NCBI GenBank assembly: GCA_963422735.1
Contig: OY730476.1
Span: 4,704,001 to 4,768,000 of the forward strand
Origin: Candidatus Latescibacterota bacterium
Lineage (GTDB): Bacteria > Latescibacterota > UBA2968 > UBA8231
Reading direction: 5' to 3'
Length of the DNA: 64,000 bases
Positions 29,681-39,773 of the stretch are shown in pieces. Position 1 is the first letter of the stretch. Each line of letters begins with the position of its first letter. The notes under the pieces were generated by a model. It had not been told where the DNA came from. It did not search any database and saw only the letters and a program-made list of their open reading frames with translations. The translations under genes were made by a program, and so were the position numbers.

Positions 29681-31644
29681 CACCCCCAAAATATGACGTT
29701 CCACGTCATGCCGGTGAAATGATCGATGATCAGATAGAACCCGCCGGGCGTGAAATACCCCAAGATCATCCCCATGAAAAAGGGCCGCGTCTTCAGGTAG
29801 AGCCGCACGCCCCCGTATTTGAGTACGATCACCTTGATTCCCCAAGCGATGAACATATTGAACCACAAGTGATCCATGATCCAGATCGGCCCGATCACGT
29901 AGCCCAGCGGATGCAGCGGCCACCAAACGTAGAGCCAGCGTACGACCATCAACCCGGTCATAATCGTCGCGCCAATCCCCATATTGACCCAGCCCCAGCC
30001 GTAGAAGTCGGTCGGTGTGCGGAGGGCTTTTTCTATATAATTGTAGTTGCCGCCGCTCCAGATCCACAGATTGATCGCCCCGTATTTGTGGCTGAGCAGC
30101 ATCACCATCCACACGGCCGCGCCCACGGCCACGACCAGCGCCAAGACGATAATCCAAAAGAGAGGCCGGCGATTGCGCCCCAACTCCTCCCCCAGCCGCA
30201 GACTATTGGCGCAGGAGACCATGACGAAATTGCGCCCGGTGGTCCACAGAAAGGTCGTTGCCAGCACGACTAGACCTTGGGCGCCAATGACCGACGAACC
30301 CACCGCGGACACTAAAATCCCCGCTGGTACCACCGGCGGCGAGCCGTCCGACAGCCCGCCCTCGGCCACCACCCGCGAATAGCCAAAGATGATGACGACT
30401 CCTAAGAAGAGAATGGCCAGCCCGAAGACCAGTGGCAGCCCAGCTAGCCACAGCCAGCCCACTATTATCAGACAAGAGACCGTCAGCACAATCAGGGCCG
30501 CGCGGTAAGAGAGGATCTCGTCGCTGTCGTCAATGCTATCGTCGCCTTTGAAAGCCTTGCGCCACACGCCCTTTAGATGCTTGCGCGCCGTCCAGATGCC
30601 GCCTAGAAAGAGCACGAGGATCGCGCCCATTGATTGGTAGGCCAAAAAGGGATCGCGTACCGCGTGGCCGGCCCCCCCCGTCTCGCTACTGAGTACGCCC
30701 AGAATGCCAAAAATGCCGCGCACCGCAAAAGAGAGCAGATTGAAAAACCACAGGCTGAAAGCAATATCGGTCTTGAGAAAATAGAAGAAGCCGATGATGT
30801 TGAAGCGCAGTGCGACATATAGGTCGGCCGTGCGGCGGAAAACTTGCACGTCCATGCGCACGGGATCGACGTTCTGGGCAATGGGGATGGTCTCGGGAAA
30901 GTAGTTGTACAACCCATGCAAAGTGCCCCAGAGCGCGGGGACGGCAAAACCGGCCCACATGACGGGGTTTTTAAAAAAGGGACTTAGCTTTTGGCCGTCT
31001 TCGCCCTCCTCGGTCATGGCCAGCGGCACCTGCATTAGCGGATAGATCAGCCGCTCGTGCTCGATCCACTGTTTGCGCAGGATCGCCATGAAGGAAATCA
31101 TCATCGTGAAGAGGGCGCAGATGAAGGGCGTCCACACCCCAATGACTCCGCGCCATACTTCCCAAGGAATCGGTTCGTCCCTTCTACTGCCCTCGTAGAA
31201 CTTGCGGACGGTCTCCAAGTCGTGGACCATCAGCCAGTCGGGGATATAGGGGTGGATCAGGTCCCGCCACTCGTTTTCGGCGGTGGCGTAGTAGAAAGGG
31301 TAGCTAATGGCACTGAGGAACTTGCCGACGAAGAGGGTTGGGATCGGCGAGGCCATCACCATCATGATATAGACGACTAGCAGTTCGCGCCGATTGAGCC
31401 CCAAGCGCGGGTGTACGAGCTTGAGCAGGGGGTTGATAAAAAGGCCCAGCACGAACAGGATGAATACCGCCCCAGGCATACTCGTGCCCAAGGCCATAAA
31501 GGAGCCGTGTAGATAGAGGGTACCGTAGGCGGCCCCGGCCGACACGCTGAAGGCCCCGGCGCATCCGACTAGCACGGATTTGACGGTAAAAGCCGGTCCT
31601 CCGTCTGCTTCCTTGGGCGCTGTCAGCTTGGGTTTCGTAGGCAT
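29680..31644 (-). CDS. DUF6785/DUF6784-type polytopic membrane protein (putative transporter, locus A)
   Basis: Many TM helices; ILRKQWIEHERLIYPL, WWPLHPLGY, LKYGGVRLY...PFFMGMILG; paralog of 39774-41672. Confidence 0.75.
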   Translation of the reverse strand: MPTKPKLTAPKEADGGPAFTVKSVLVGCAGAFSVSAGAAYGTLYLHGSFMALGTSMPGAVFILFVLGLFINPLLKLVHPRLGLNRRELLVVYIMMVMASPIPTLFVGKFLSAISYPFYYATAENEWRDLIHPYIPDWLMVHDLETVRKFYEGSRRDEPIPWEVWRGVIGVWTPFICALFTMMISFMAILRKQWIEHERLIYPLMQVPLAMTEEGEDGQKLSPFFKNPVMWAGFAVPALWGTLHGLYNYFPETIPIAQNVDPVRMDVQVFRRTADLYVALRFNIIGFFYFLKTDIAFSLWFFNLLSFAVRGIFGILGVLSSETGGAGHAVRDPFLAYQSMGAILVLFLGGIWTARKHLKGVWRKAFKGDDSIDDSDEILSYRAALIVLTVSCLIIVGWLWLAGLPLVFGLAILFLGVVIIFGYSRVVAEGGLSDGSPPVVPAGILVSAVGSSVIGAQGLVVLATTFLWTTGRNFVMVSCANSLRLGEELGRNRRPLFWIIVLALVVAVGAAVWMVMLLSHKYGAINLWIWSGGNYNYIEKALRTPTDFYGWGWVNMGIGATIMTGLMVVRWLYVWWPLHPLGYVIGPIWIMDHLWFNMFIAWGIKVIVLKYGGVRLYLKTRPFFMGMILGYFTPGGFYLIIDHFTGMTWNVIFWG

Positions 31645-31656
31645 AGTGCGAGAAAA

Positions 31657-32472
31657 TCAGCCATAAAACTTGGCAACCAACTCGGCCGGCTTGCCATCTA
31701 CCGTCGCCGGATCCAGCGCCTGTGCGCCGAAGACCACGGGAAAGGTTTGGCCGGTGTCCCGGGTGCGGGTCTCGGCATCCATATAGGTTGCGCTGAAAGC
31801 GCGGCGAGCCGACGCGGTGGAGTTGGTCCCCGAGCGATGCAGCAGAAAATTGTGCAGCAGAATGGCCTCCCCGGCCTTGGCTTCCAGGTCGATCACCGCC
31901 TCTGAGGGCGTGTATTGGGCCTCTTGCTCGGCGGGGAGAAAGTGCCGCTCGTTGATGATGCCGTGCTTGTTGCTGCCCGGCGCGATTTGCATGCAGCCGG
32001 TGGCCATGGTTGCGTCGTCGAGTGCCGTCCACACTGTGACGATGGGATTGGTGTCAATGCCCCAGCCGACGCCTACGTCTTGGTGCCAAGGCAGTTCGCG
32101 GCGGAGTTCGGGCGGTTTGTTCATAAACATCGAGCGGAAGACCGAGACCTCCTCGCCGATGTAGCGGCGGGCAATCTGGTGGAAGAGGGGATGCTGAATA
32201 TAGGAGAGGAAGAGCGGGTCCTGCTCTAGGTCGTCGATGCGCCGGTACGCGAGCGTCTGCACTTGATTGCCCATGGTGCGGCGCACTTCGCCATGCTCCT
32301 CGACGACCTGCAAGCGCATGTGCTCGTAGCGGACGCGGCCCAGCATGATGTCGTCGATGCGCTGTTGCAAGGCGGCCAATCCGTCTGGGGATAGGACTTT
32401 GCCCAGCCGCAGGTAGCCTTGATCCATGAACTGCTCGTGGTGTGCATCGTCAAAGGTGGAAAGGGCTTGCAT
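31657..32472 (-). CDS. Phytanoyl-CoA dioxygenase (PhyH) family Fe(II)/2OG oxygenase
   Basis: PWHQD, TVWTALDDAT..TGCM...PGS, LLHRSGTN. Confidence 0.9.
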   Translation of the reverse strand: MQALSTFDDAHHEQFMDQGYLRLGKVLSPDGLAALQQRIDDIMLGRVRYEHMRLQVVEEHGEVRRTMGNQVQTLAYRRIDDLEQDPLFLSYIQHPLFHQIARRYIGEEVSVFRSMFMNKPPELRRELPWHQDVGVGWGIDTNPIVTVWTALDDATMATGCMQIAPGSNKHGIINERHFLPAEQEAQYTPSEAVIDLEAKAGEAILLHNFLLHRSGTNSTASARRAFSATYMDAETRTRDTGQTFPVVFGAQALDPATVDGKPAELVAKFYG

Positions 32473-32550
32473 GATGCGGTCTCCTTTTTTTCGACAGGGT
32501 GTAGTCAATACTTCGGACCGTTTTTGGCGTTGTGATGCTCAAGGGTTTAT

Positions 32551-32603
32551 CCACCAAGGACACCAAGGACGCGAACTTGGGACCGTTTTTGTGCCTTGTG
32601 TGG
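32551..32603. repeat. Short CACCAAGGA tandem repeat with an imperfect inverted partner
   Basis: CCACCAAGGACACCAAGGAC ... GTGCCTTGTGTGG in the intergenic gap. Confidence 0.4.
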
Positions 32604-32674
32604 CTAATCATTAAAAAATGTCCGAACTATTGATTATACAAGGTCTAGGATGCGCACGGGCAACGCCGCTGCGA

Positions 32675-34276
32675 TCAAGGCTCGTACACGGTCAAGAGTT
32701 GGTCGGCCACGACATCTTGCAGATGCTGCACAGTGCCGCTGGGCCAGCGAATTTCCACTTCATCTACGCGGGAGCGGTCTCCCAATCCGAAAAAGGGGCG
32801 CAGCGCGCTTTGGCACATGTAGCTCGATCCGGCGCGCACTACATCCCATCGCACCCAGTCGCCCGCGGCGACGCGCACTTCGACCCCGACTGAGTCCCCG
32901 ACCAACTGCAAGCTCAAATAGTGCTGGGCATTGCCGCCGTCGTTGCGCAAGAGCGCGGCTGCTTGGTTGTTGTTGGCTACTGTGATGTCGAGGTCGCCGT
33001 CGTTGTCGTAATCGCCCATGGCCGCGCCGCGGCTCACTTGCTGCAACTTGAGGCCCGGCCCCACCTGATTGCTCACGTCGGCAAAGCGTCCTTGGCTCTC
33101 GTTGCGGAAGAGTTGGTTTTGCTGCGCGTACGTCACGGCGTCGAACAGGTGGATGTTGTCGTCGAGGTGGCCGTTGGCGACAAACAGGTCGCGGTCGCCG
33201 TCGTTGTCGTAGTCGATGAAAAGGGTGCCCCACGCGAGGAACTGCAAGCTGGGAACTCCCAGCCCAGACTGAAAGGTCACGTCGGCGAAAAACCCGTTGC
33301 CGAGGTTGCGGTACAGACTGTTGGTTTCCCACTGGTAGTTGGTGACGAAGAAGTCAAACCGGCCGTCGCCGTCGTAGTCGCCCACATCCACTCCCATGCC
33401 GGCCAGCGGCTTGCCCGCGTCGTTATAAGCGACCCCGGCCAAAGCGCCGATTTCGGCAAAGCGTCCCCCGTCGTTGCGGTAGAGCAAATTGGGGGTGCGG
33501 TCGCCGGCCGCGTACAGGTCGAGATCGCCATCTGCGTCGTAGTCGATGAAAAAGGCTCCTAATTCCTTGGCAGCATCTGGCAGCAACCCGACTTCATAGG
33601 TGACATCGGCAAAGGTGGCGTCGCCTTCGTTGCGATAAAAGATGTCGCGCTGCGGCTCAAAGGCCTCTGGCCCGCAGTACACCGCAATCCCACCGGAGCG
33701 GATACAGGGCTGGTGTATCTCGGGGCGAAACTTGGCGTAATTGGCCACGAAGAAGTCCAAATCGCCGTCTAAATCGTAGTCGGCAAAGGCCGCGCCCGTG
33801 CTCATCGCCGGATTAACTAGCTCTGGCCCGGCCACGCCGGTTGCGTCGGTTACATCGGCGAACCGGCCCGTAGCCTCGTTGCGGTAGAGGATATTGGGGC
33901 CGTACGCAGTGATGTACAAGTCCAAGTCGCCGTCTGAATCGTAGTCGGCTGCGGCACAGCCCAACCCGTAGCCCGAATCGGCTACGCCGGCTTGGTCGGT
34001 TGCGTCGGCGAACTGGCCGGTGCCCGCGTTGCGGTAGAGCGCACCCGGCCCGACGCTGTTGACGAAGTACAGGTCGAGCCATCCGTCTGAATCGCAGTCG
34101 AAAAAGGCCGCGCCCGAGCCCATGGTCTCCATTGGATACTTTTGCCCCTTAGCTCCATTCTGATGGCGAAAAGCGATTCCGGCCTCGGCCGCCACCTCCA
34201 CAAACTGCACCTCGGCGCGACCCAGCGCGGTCTGCAGACATGCCAAGGCGGCCCCTAAGAGGGCGCACCGCGTCAC
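32675..34276 (-). CDS. CRTAC1-family FG-GAP/ASPIC-UnbV protein
   Basis: ETMGSGAAFFD.DSDGWLDLY, repeated DYDxDGDLD, SRGAAMGDYDNDGDLD, FFGLGD...IRWPSG; GTG start coupled to the upstream stop. Confidence 0.9.
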   Translation of the reverse strand: MTRCALLGAALACLQTALGRAEVQFVEVAAEAGIAFRHQNGAKGQKYPMETMGSGAAFFDCDSDGWLDLYFVNSVGPGALYRNAGTGQFADATDQAGVADSGYGLGCAAADYDSDGDLDLYITAYGPNILYRNEATGRFADVTDATGVAGPELVNPAMSTGAAFADYDLDGDLDFFVANYAKFRPEIHQPCIRSGGIAVYCGPEAFEPQRDIFYRNEGDATFADVTYEVGLLPDAAKELGAFFIDYDADGDLDLYAAGDRTPNLLYRNDGGRFAEIGALAGVAYNDAGKPLAGMGVDVGDYDGDGRFDFFVTNYQWETNSLYRNLGNGFFADVTFQSGLGVPSLQFLAWGTLFIDYDNDGDRDLFVANGHLDDNIHLFDAVTYAQQNQLFRNESQGRFADVSNQVGPGLKLQQVSRGAAMGDYDNDGDLDITVANNNQAAALLRNDGGNAQHYLSLQLVGDSVGVEVRVAAGDWVRWDVVRAGSSYMCQSALRPFFGLGDRSRVDEVEIRWPSGTVQHLQDVVADQLLTVYEP

Positions 34277-34452
34277 GCGCGCTCGGAGTCCGTGGCGGCT
34301 TCGCTGGCCCCGCGGCCGGCCGCCATGTTGCGGATTCTCTGGGCCACGTCGCCAAAGCCTTTGTAGGCGACCGCGACGACAATGCCGTAAAAGAGGACGC
34401 TGGCGACGATAAAGACGAGTTGCCATAGGGCTTTCCAAGTTTCGACGTCCAT
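34273..34452 (-). CDS. Small 59-aa membrane protein, probable symporter accessory subunit (absent from ORF track)
   Basis: MDVETWKALWQLVFIVASVLFYGIVVAVAYKGFGDVAQRIRNM...; starts 4 nt after the symporter stop and its TGA overlaps the next GTG. Confidence 0.7.
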   Translation of the reverse strand: MDVETWKALWQLVFIVASVLFYGIVVAVAYKGFGDVAQRIRNMAAGRGASEAATDSERA

Positions 34453-34456
34453 AGCA

Positions 34457-35998
34457 CTACTCCATTTCGCTAAAGTCTAGAGGGCGCGGCGGGTGCGAGC
34501 GCTGCGTGAGCGAGGCCACGACCAGCATGGCCAACCCGCCCAAGGCTAGGCTGGTAAGCCCGACGAGGTTAGAGTTTTCGACCAACGGCAACAAAAATTC
34601 GGGCACCAAGTGCTGGTTTTCGTTCATAATCAGGAAGTTGAGCGGCACCAGTGCGCCCAGTATCAGAGCGCAGTACGCACCCGGGGTATTGGCCTTTTTC
34701 CAATATAGCCCCAAGGCCACAGTGCCGACGCAGCCGGAAAAGTAGATGCTGCCGGTGACGTACATAAAGCGAAAGGCCGTCTCGGGAAGTTGGTAGAATG
34801 CACCGAAGATGGCCAGAAAGGCGGCGAGGATGACGACGATGGCCCGGGTCCAGTAGATCTCGCGCTCGCTCGACAGCCCGCCCCAAGTGCCGTCCGCCGC
34901 CCGCTGGCCGCTCGACTTGGCGAGCATGGCCTTAATCGGCGAAACCACATCGCGGACGATGACGCCGCTCCAAGCGAGTAGGTAGCTGTCGTGAGTGGAC
35001 ATGAAAGCGGCGAACATCCCGGCCATGAGCAGGCCGGCGATGCCGATGGGCAGGATTTTGCCGAGCATTTCGGGCATGGCGTAGTGGGGGTCGAGCGCGG
35101 GGTCGCCAAAATAGGCCAGCGCCGCGATACCCCAAAACATCGGCACCATCGCCCGCCCCATGACCGTGCCCGCCGAGATCCAGAATACGCGACGGGCCAC
35201 CTTGGGGCTTTCGGCACTGAGAGGCCGCATCATTTCGGGTTGCCAGACCACGCCGACTAAGCCGACGCAAAATAAAAACAAGATCACTGAGATGCCGTAG
35301 TCGGGATTGGCTATGGGGTCGAAGCCGATGTCGCCTTTGTGGACCTCGACGGCTTGGACCATGGTGTCCCAGCCGAGTTGCGGGTGATTGAGAATGACAT
35401 ACGTGCCAAAGAAAAACCCCAGCGCCAGCAGCACGAACTGCGCGAAGTCCGTCAGCACCACCGAGACCATGCCGCCCATCAGCGTGTAGAAGACGACGAT
35501 GACCAACATGCCGACCATGACGTAGTTGACGTATTCCTTGTCGAGGCCGGTGAAGCCAACGATGAACTTGCTGCCGAGAATGGGGAACAGCCCCATGTTG
35601 AGGGTGCCGGCGAGGGTGAGGATGATGCCGCCGAGCAGGCGTACGCCGCGCGTGTACTTGAGCTCGTAGAACTCGGGCACGGTCATCACCTGCAAATGGC
35701 GCAGGCGACTGACGATAAAGCCCGTGCGGCCGATGATGGCGGTGGTAAGAAGCGCCACGAGGCCAAAGACGAAGGGCACGAAGCCGTACTTAAAGCCCTC
35801 CTCGGCCATGTACATGACCGTTACTAGCCCGAGGCCGGTTGAGACCATCGTGGCGACGGCCATGTGGGTTTTGAGGCCGCGGCCGGCGACGAGGAAGTCG
35901 GAGATGCTTTTGATGGCCCCTCGGGCCAACGTGCCGGCGACGATGGTACCGCCGACATAGACGAGGACGATAGCGTAGTCGATCCAGCTCAGGTTCAT
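34457..35998 (-). CDS. Sodium:solute symporter (SSS) family protein
   Basis: DFLVAGR, MTVPEFYELKY, YTLMGGMVSVVLTDFAQ, AAFMSTHDS. Confidence 0.92.
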   Translation of the reverse strand: MNLSWIDYAIVLVYVGGTIVAGTLARGAIKSISDFLVAGRGLKTHMAVATMVSTGLGLVTVMYMAEEGFKYGFVPFVFGLVALLTTAIIGRTGFIVSRLRHLQVMTVPEFYELKYTRGVRLLGGIILTLAGTLNMGLFPILGSKFIVGFTGLDKEYVNYVMVGMLVIVVFYTLMGGMVSVVLTDFAQFVLLALGFFFGTYVILNHPQLGWDTMVQAVEVHKGDIGFDPIANPDYGISVILFLFCVGLVGVVWQPEMMRPLSAESPKVARRVFWISAGTVMGRAMVPMFWGIAALAYFGDPALDPHYAMPEMLGKILPIGIAGLLMAGMFAAFMSTHDSYLLAWSGVIVRDVVSPIKAMLAKSSGQRAADGTWGGLSSEREIYWTRAIVVILAAFLAIFGAFYQLPETAFRFMYVTGSIYFSGCVGTVALGLYWKKANTPGAYCALILGALVPLNFLIMNENQHLVPEFLLPLVENSNLVGLTSLALGGLAMLVVASLTQRSHPPRPLDFSEME

Positions 35999-36087
35999 GC
36001 GTACTCCTGTGGTGTTTTCAGTAGTGGAAAGGCGCAAACAGCCTGCCAATCTAACATGTTAGCGAAGGCATGTCACCTCGCAGGCGA

Positions 36088-36116
36088 TTGACCTTCCAAG
36101 AGGCGGTTCATATACT
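36088..36116 (+). promoter_or_regulatory. Sigma70-type promoter
   Basis: TTGACC-N17-TATACT upstream of 36171. Confidence 0.65.
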
Positions 36117-36170
36117 TGCGCCGCGCTTCACCGCGCCGTTAGACGTGAACATCAACTACTTAAGAGGGAT

Positions 36171-36596
36171 ATGAATATGTTGCTGCGATTCATGCGCCGG
36201 TTGCCGCTGTTGGTCACAGCCCTGTTGTGGACCGGCTGCGCGGGCGATGACTCGACGCTGGGGCCGGACGAGCCGGACGGCGCGGGCGCGCTCGACGAGC
36301 AGGTTAGCGAGGTCTTTGCGGTTAGTTGCGCATTTTCGGGTTGCCACAGCGGCGGGGAGCCCGCGGCCGATTTGTCGCTGGAGGGCGACTTTGCCGCTCG
36401 CATCGTCGGCGTCGCCAGCGGCCAGCGGCCCGATCTCATGCTCGTCTATCCGGATAATCCCGATCGCTCATACCTGCTGCTCAAGGTGCGCGGCGACGAC
36501 GAAATCGTCAGCCAGCAAATGCCGCCGGGCCGGGTTCTGCCCCCAGAGCAGGTGGAGATAATCCGCGCGTGGATCGCCAGCGGGGCGAAGGAGTGA
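36171..36596 (+). CDS. Small c-type cytochrome lipoprotein with CX4CH heme motif
   Basis: Lipobox WTGC; SCAFSGCH; PDRSYLLLK; QMPP; IRAWIASGA (Planctomycete-cytochrome-like). Confidence 0.8.
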   Translation: MNMLLRFMRRLPLLVTALLWTGCAGDDSTLGPDEPDGAGALDEQVSEVFAVSCAFSGCHSGGEPAADLSLEGDFAARIVGVASGQRPDLMLVYPDNPDRSYLLLKVRGDDEIVSQQMPPGRVLPPEQVEIIRAWIASGAKE

Positions 36597-36597
36597 T

Positions 36598-36733
36598 CAG
36601 TGGTTAGTGGCCAGTGGCCAGTGGTTAGTGGCCAGTCCCTACCACTCCCCCGGGCGTGGAGGGGAAACTGCTCACTGCTCACTAACCACTGACCACTAAC
36701 CACTAACCACTAACCACTAACCACTAACCACTA
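36598..36733. repeat. Inverted arrays of 7-bp tandem repeats (AGTGGYY / RACCACT)
   Basis: About 5 AGTGG(TT/CC) units facing about 7 (A/G)ACCACT units; a short related array is at 52001-52020. Confidence 0.85.
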
Positions 36734-36735
36734 CC

Positions 36736-37794
36736 ATGCCCGTCTTTTCTCCATCGTCCTTAATCGAAACCAGCGCCTCCATTTTTGCCGCGGCTGGAAT
36801 GCGCGCTGGCGAGGCGCGCGTTGTCGCCGAATTGCTCGTCGAAGCCAATCTCGTCGGCCACGACTCGCACGGCGTCATCCGCATTCCCCAGTACTTGGGC
36901 CAAGTAGAAGCCGGCGACATGGTGCCAGAAGCCGCTGTCGAAGTCGTTCACGAGGCACCAACACTTGCCGTACTCGACGCGCATTGGGGCTTTGGACAGG
37001 TGGCGATGAGTCGCGGTGTAGAGTTGGGCTTGGAGAAGGCGCGGGCTATGGGCATGGCCGCTGTCGCCGTCCGCCAAGCCAATCACATCGGCCGCCTCGG
37101 CAGCTACGTGGAGCGCATTGCCGAGGACACTGCTATCGCCCTGCTGTTCGTCAACGGCGCGCCGGTCTGTCGCATGGCCCCGTGGGGAGGGCGCGAAGCC
37201 CGGCACGGCACTAATCCAATCGCCATGGCGTTTCCGTCGCGCACAGGCCCGCCCGTCGTCCTCGACATGACCACGTCGGCTGTGGCCGAGGGCAAGGTGC
37301 GGGTGCAGCGCAATCGCGATGCCAAGGTGCCCGATGGCTGGCTGCTCGACGCCGAAGGCCAGCCGACCAACGATCCCCACACCCTGTACGCCGACCCACC
37401 CGGCACCATTCTGCCCTTGGGCGGCAGCCTCGGGCACAAAGGCTACGGCCTCAATGTAGCGGTCGAGCTGTTGGCTGGTGCGTTGGCCGGCGCCGGCTGC
37501 GTAGGCCAAGATCGGCCCTTCCGCAACGGGGCCATGCTGTTGGTGCTCGACGTGGAAAAGCTGGTGGGGTTAGACGCCTATTTCGCCGAGGCCGACGCAT
37601 ACATCGCGTTTGTCAAGTCCTCAGCCACTGCACCGAGAGTCGAGGCGATTTTGATGCCCGGGGATAGCGAGCGGGCGGTGGCGAAGAAGCGAAAGACGGA
37701 GGGGATCTTCGTGGAGGACGAGACGTGGGCGCAGATTGTGGCGAGTGCGGCGAAGGTGGGGGTTGAGGTGAGTGATGAGGGAACTTGCCGCTAA
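36736..37794 (+). CDS. Ldh_2 family (malate/lactate/ureidoglycolate) dehydrogenase
   Basis: GHDSHGVIR, NHIGRLG, GTNPIA, LDMTTS, GHKGYGL. Confidence 0.92.
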   Translation: MPVFSPSSLIETSASIFAAAGMRAGEARVVAELLVEANLVGHDSHGVIRIPQYLGQVEAGDMVPEAAVEVVHEAPTLAVLDAHWGFGQVAMSRGVELGLEKARAMGMAAVAVRQANHIGRLGSYVERIAEDTAIALLFVNGAPVCRMAPWGGREARHGTNPIAMAFPSRTGPPVVLDMTTSAVAEGKVRVQRNRDAKVPDGWLLDAEGQPTNDPHTLYADPPGTILPLGGSLGHKGYGLNVAVELLAGALAGAGCVGQDRPFRNGAMLLVLDVEKLVGLDAYFAEADAYIAFVKSSATAPRVEAILMPGDSERAVAKKRKTEGIFVEDETWAQIVASAAKVGVEVSDEGTCR

Positions 37795-39770
37795 AACACA
37801 ATGCTCGACACGGCCTTGGAAATCAACGCCAGCGCAATCGACGACATGCCGACCAATCCCATCCCGCACGAATAGCCGGCCAACAAAATTGGCGCATACG
37901 CTCGCCAGCGCGCCTCGCCAAAGCGCTTTTGCAAGTGATAGCGGCCCAGCAACGCGCCGATGAAGTTGGGCAGCAGAAAGTGCGGCCACGCGCCCACGCC
38001 GCCGATGAAGCCGTAGAACAGGGCGATCGGCCAGCGCAAGAGCGCCAGCGCGCCCAAAATCCCCGCACTGCCCAGCGCACCCGTGAGCACGTATTCCCAG
38101 CGAATGATGGTCTTGATCAGCTCGTTGCCCCCCTCGGCGAGCGTTGACTTGGCCCAGAACGCCTGCATGGTGGCGTGGAAGGGCCAAAACTTCTGCACGT
38201 AGGGATAGGCCGCCGAGGGAATCGGCCCGAGCTTCCAGATAAAAGACCAGAACACAAACGAGCAGACGAACATGATTAGCAAGGTTACGCCGGCCAGCTT
38301 GACGATGCTGCCGAAGTGAGTGCGGGTCAGTTCGAGTTGCTTGAAGGCCGCCGCTTCGTAGCCCCACTGGAAGAGCGGAATCGGCGCGAACCACACGGCC
38401 GCGCCCTGATAGCCCGACAGGTAAAAGGAGCCTTCGCGCAGATAGGGGAAGGACGCTCCTTGCGGCGAGCCGGTCAGGCCGATCATGCGCGCCCCGATGT
38501 ACGAGTAAATCGGCGTCCACACAAAGCCGAAGAACGCGCTGATCCACCAAGGAAATTCCGGCACCAAATACCACACCAAGACCACGAAGCCGAGCGTGCT
38601 CACCGCCCAGATGCCCAAGGCGAGGGGAATGGGCATGTCGCCGCGGCCCTCGGTTAGACCCGCGTCCTCCCCGCGTTTAACCCCGCGCAAAGTCCACAGG
38701 GTCTTGCCCACCATGGCAAAACCCATCACGGCCACGACGGCCGCGCCGCCAATGGAGAAGCTGAGCCAGAAGTCGAATGAGTTGGCGATCTGAGTTGGAA
38801 TTGCCGACATGCCCGGCTCCCAAGTGTGCAGCACGTCGTAGGCGTAGAGCACCGGATTGACGAGGATGTTGACGAGGAAGGCCGCGGCAAAGGAGCCGAC
38901 CACGATCCAAAAGGGCAGGACAAAGCCGACCATGACGTGCCCTAAATCCGTGCCAATGCCCATGATGCTGGCCGGCAGCATTTCCTTGAGCGAGACAGTT
39001 AGGTCGATAAACGGAATCGGCAGAATAGTCACTGTTTCGGTGAAGAAAATGCCCGATATCGTGGGGATGACCACGTAGAACAGCCCCCAGACAATGCCGA
39101 TAAAGGCCCCGACGCTAAAAACCTCCCACCGCCAGCCTTGGCTCGGCCCCGAGCTCTCGGCGAGAGCGGTCGCGCCGCCGGCCTGCACTGCGGCCAACGG
39201 GTACGGCAGGCGCTCGATATCGTTGGTGATGCGGAACAGCACGTAGCCCAAGGACAGGCTGTTGACCTTCTGCATTGCGATGACGGTCAGCAGCAGGGCA
39301 ATGGGCTTGATCCAATCGGGGTGCAAAAAGGAGCGCCCCTCTAGGGCTTGTGAGCCGCGCGGAGGCACCACCCAGTCGGGGATGTACTGGTGCAAACCAT
39401 CGGCTTGGGGCGATTGGATCAAGTACTGGTCCCAGATCAGCCCGCCAAAAGGCCCGCCGAACAGCTCGGCCCCGGTGCCCAACTTGCCGCCCATCACGAC
39501 CAAGCCGCCGGCCACCCAGTAGAGAATGATCACCTCTTGGGTGCGCAGACGCGCAAAGGAGCGCTTGGCAATTTCGATGAAGAGGATGAGCGTTACCCAC
39601 TCGGCGCCGCCGGCCATGCTCTGGCCGGTCACCAACCCCAAGTAGATGGCTCCGGGCAGCATGATGAAGCCGACGAAGAGCGCGGCCCACAAGGTCTTGA
39701 CGTTGAAGCCCGGTTCAAATTTGAGGTCCGTGGGAATCAGCTCGGGTGATTCTTTGTCGTCTTGAGCCAT
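37791..39770 (-). CDS. OPT-like putative peptide transporter membrane protein
   Basis: Polytopic; GFIMLPGAIYLGL, EWVTLILF.E, DIERLPYP, IPSAAYPY.QKFWP. Confidence 0.65.
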   Translation of the reverse strand: MAQDDKESPELIPTDLKFEPGFNVKTLWAALFVGFIMLPGAIYLGLVTGQSMAGGAEWVTLILFIEIAKRSFARLRTQEVIILYWVAGGLVVMGGKLGTGAELFGGPFGGLIWDQYLIQSPQADGLHQYIPDWVVPPRGSQALEGRSFLHPDWIKPIALLLTVIAMQKVNSLSLGYVLFRITNDIERLPYPLAAVQAGGATALAESSGPSQGWRWEVFSVGAFIGIVWGLFYVVIPTISGIFFTETVTILPIPFIDLTVSLKEMLPASIMGIGTDLGHVMVGFVLPFWIVVGSFAAAFLVNILVNPVLYAYDVLHTWEPGMSAIPTQIANSFDFWLSFSIGGAAVVAVMGFAMVGKTLWTLRGVKRGEDAGLTEGRGDMPIPLALGIWAVSTLGFVVLVWYLVPEFPWWISAFFGFVWTPIYSYIGARMIGLTGSPQGASFPYLREGSFYLSGYQGAAVWFAPIPLFQWGYEAAAFKQLELTRTHFGSIVKLAGVTLLIMFVCSFVFWSFIWKLGPIPSAAYPYVQKFWPFHATMQAFWAKSTLAEGGNELIKTIIRWEYVLTGALGSAGILGALALLRWPIALFYGFIGGVGAWPHFLLPNFIGALLGRYHLQKRFGEARWRAYAPILLAGYSCGMGLVGMSSIALALISKAVSSIVF

Positions 39771-39773
39771 GCG

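Noticed and set aside
34277-34438. Arg-rich N-terminal extension of the 587-aa CRTAC1-like ORF
   Set aside because: This interval is better explained by the 59-aa membrane protein in another frame
36598-36733. CRISPR array
   Set aside because: 7-bp tandem units without unique spacers, and no cas genes
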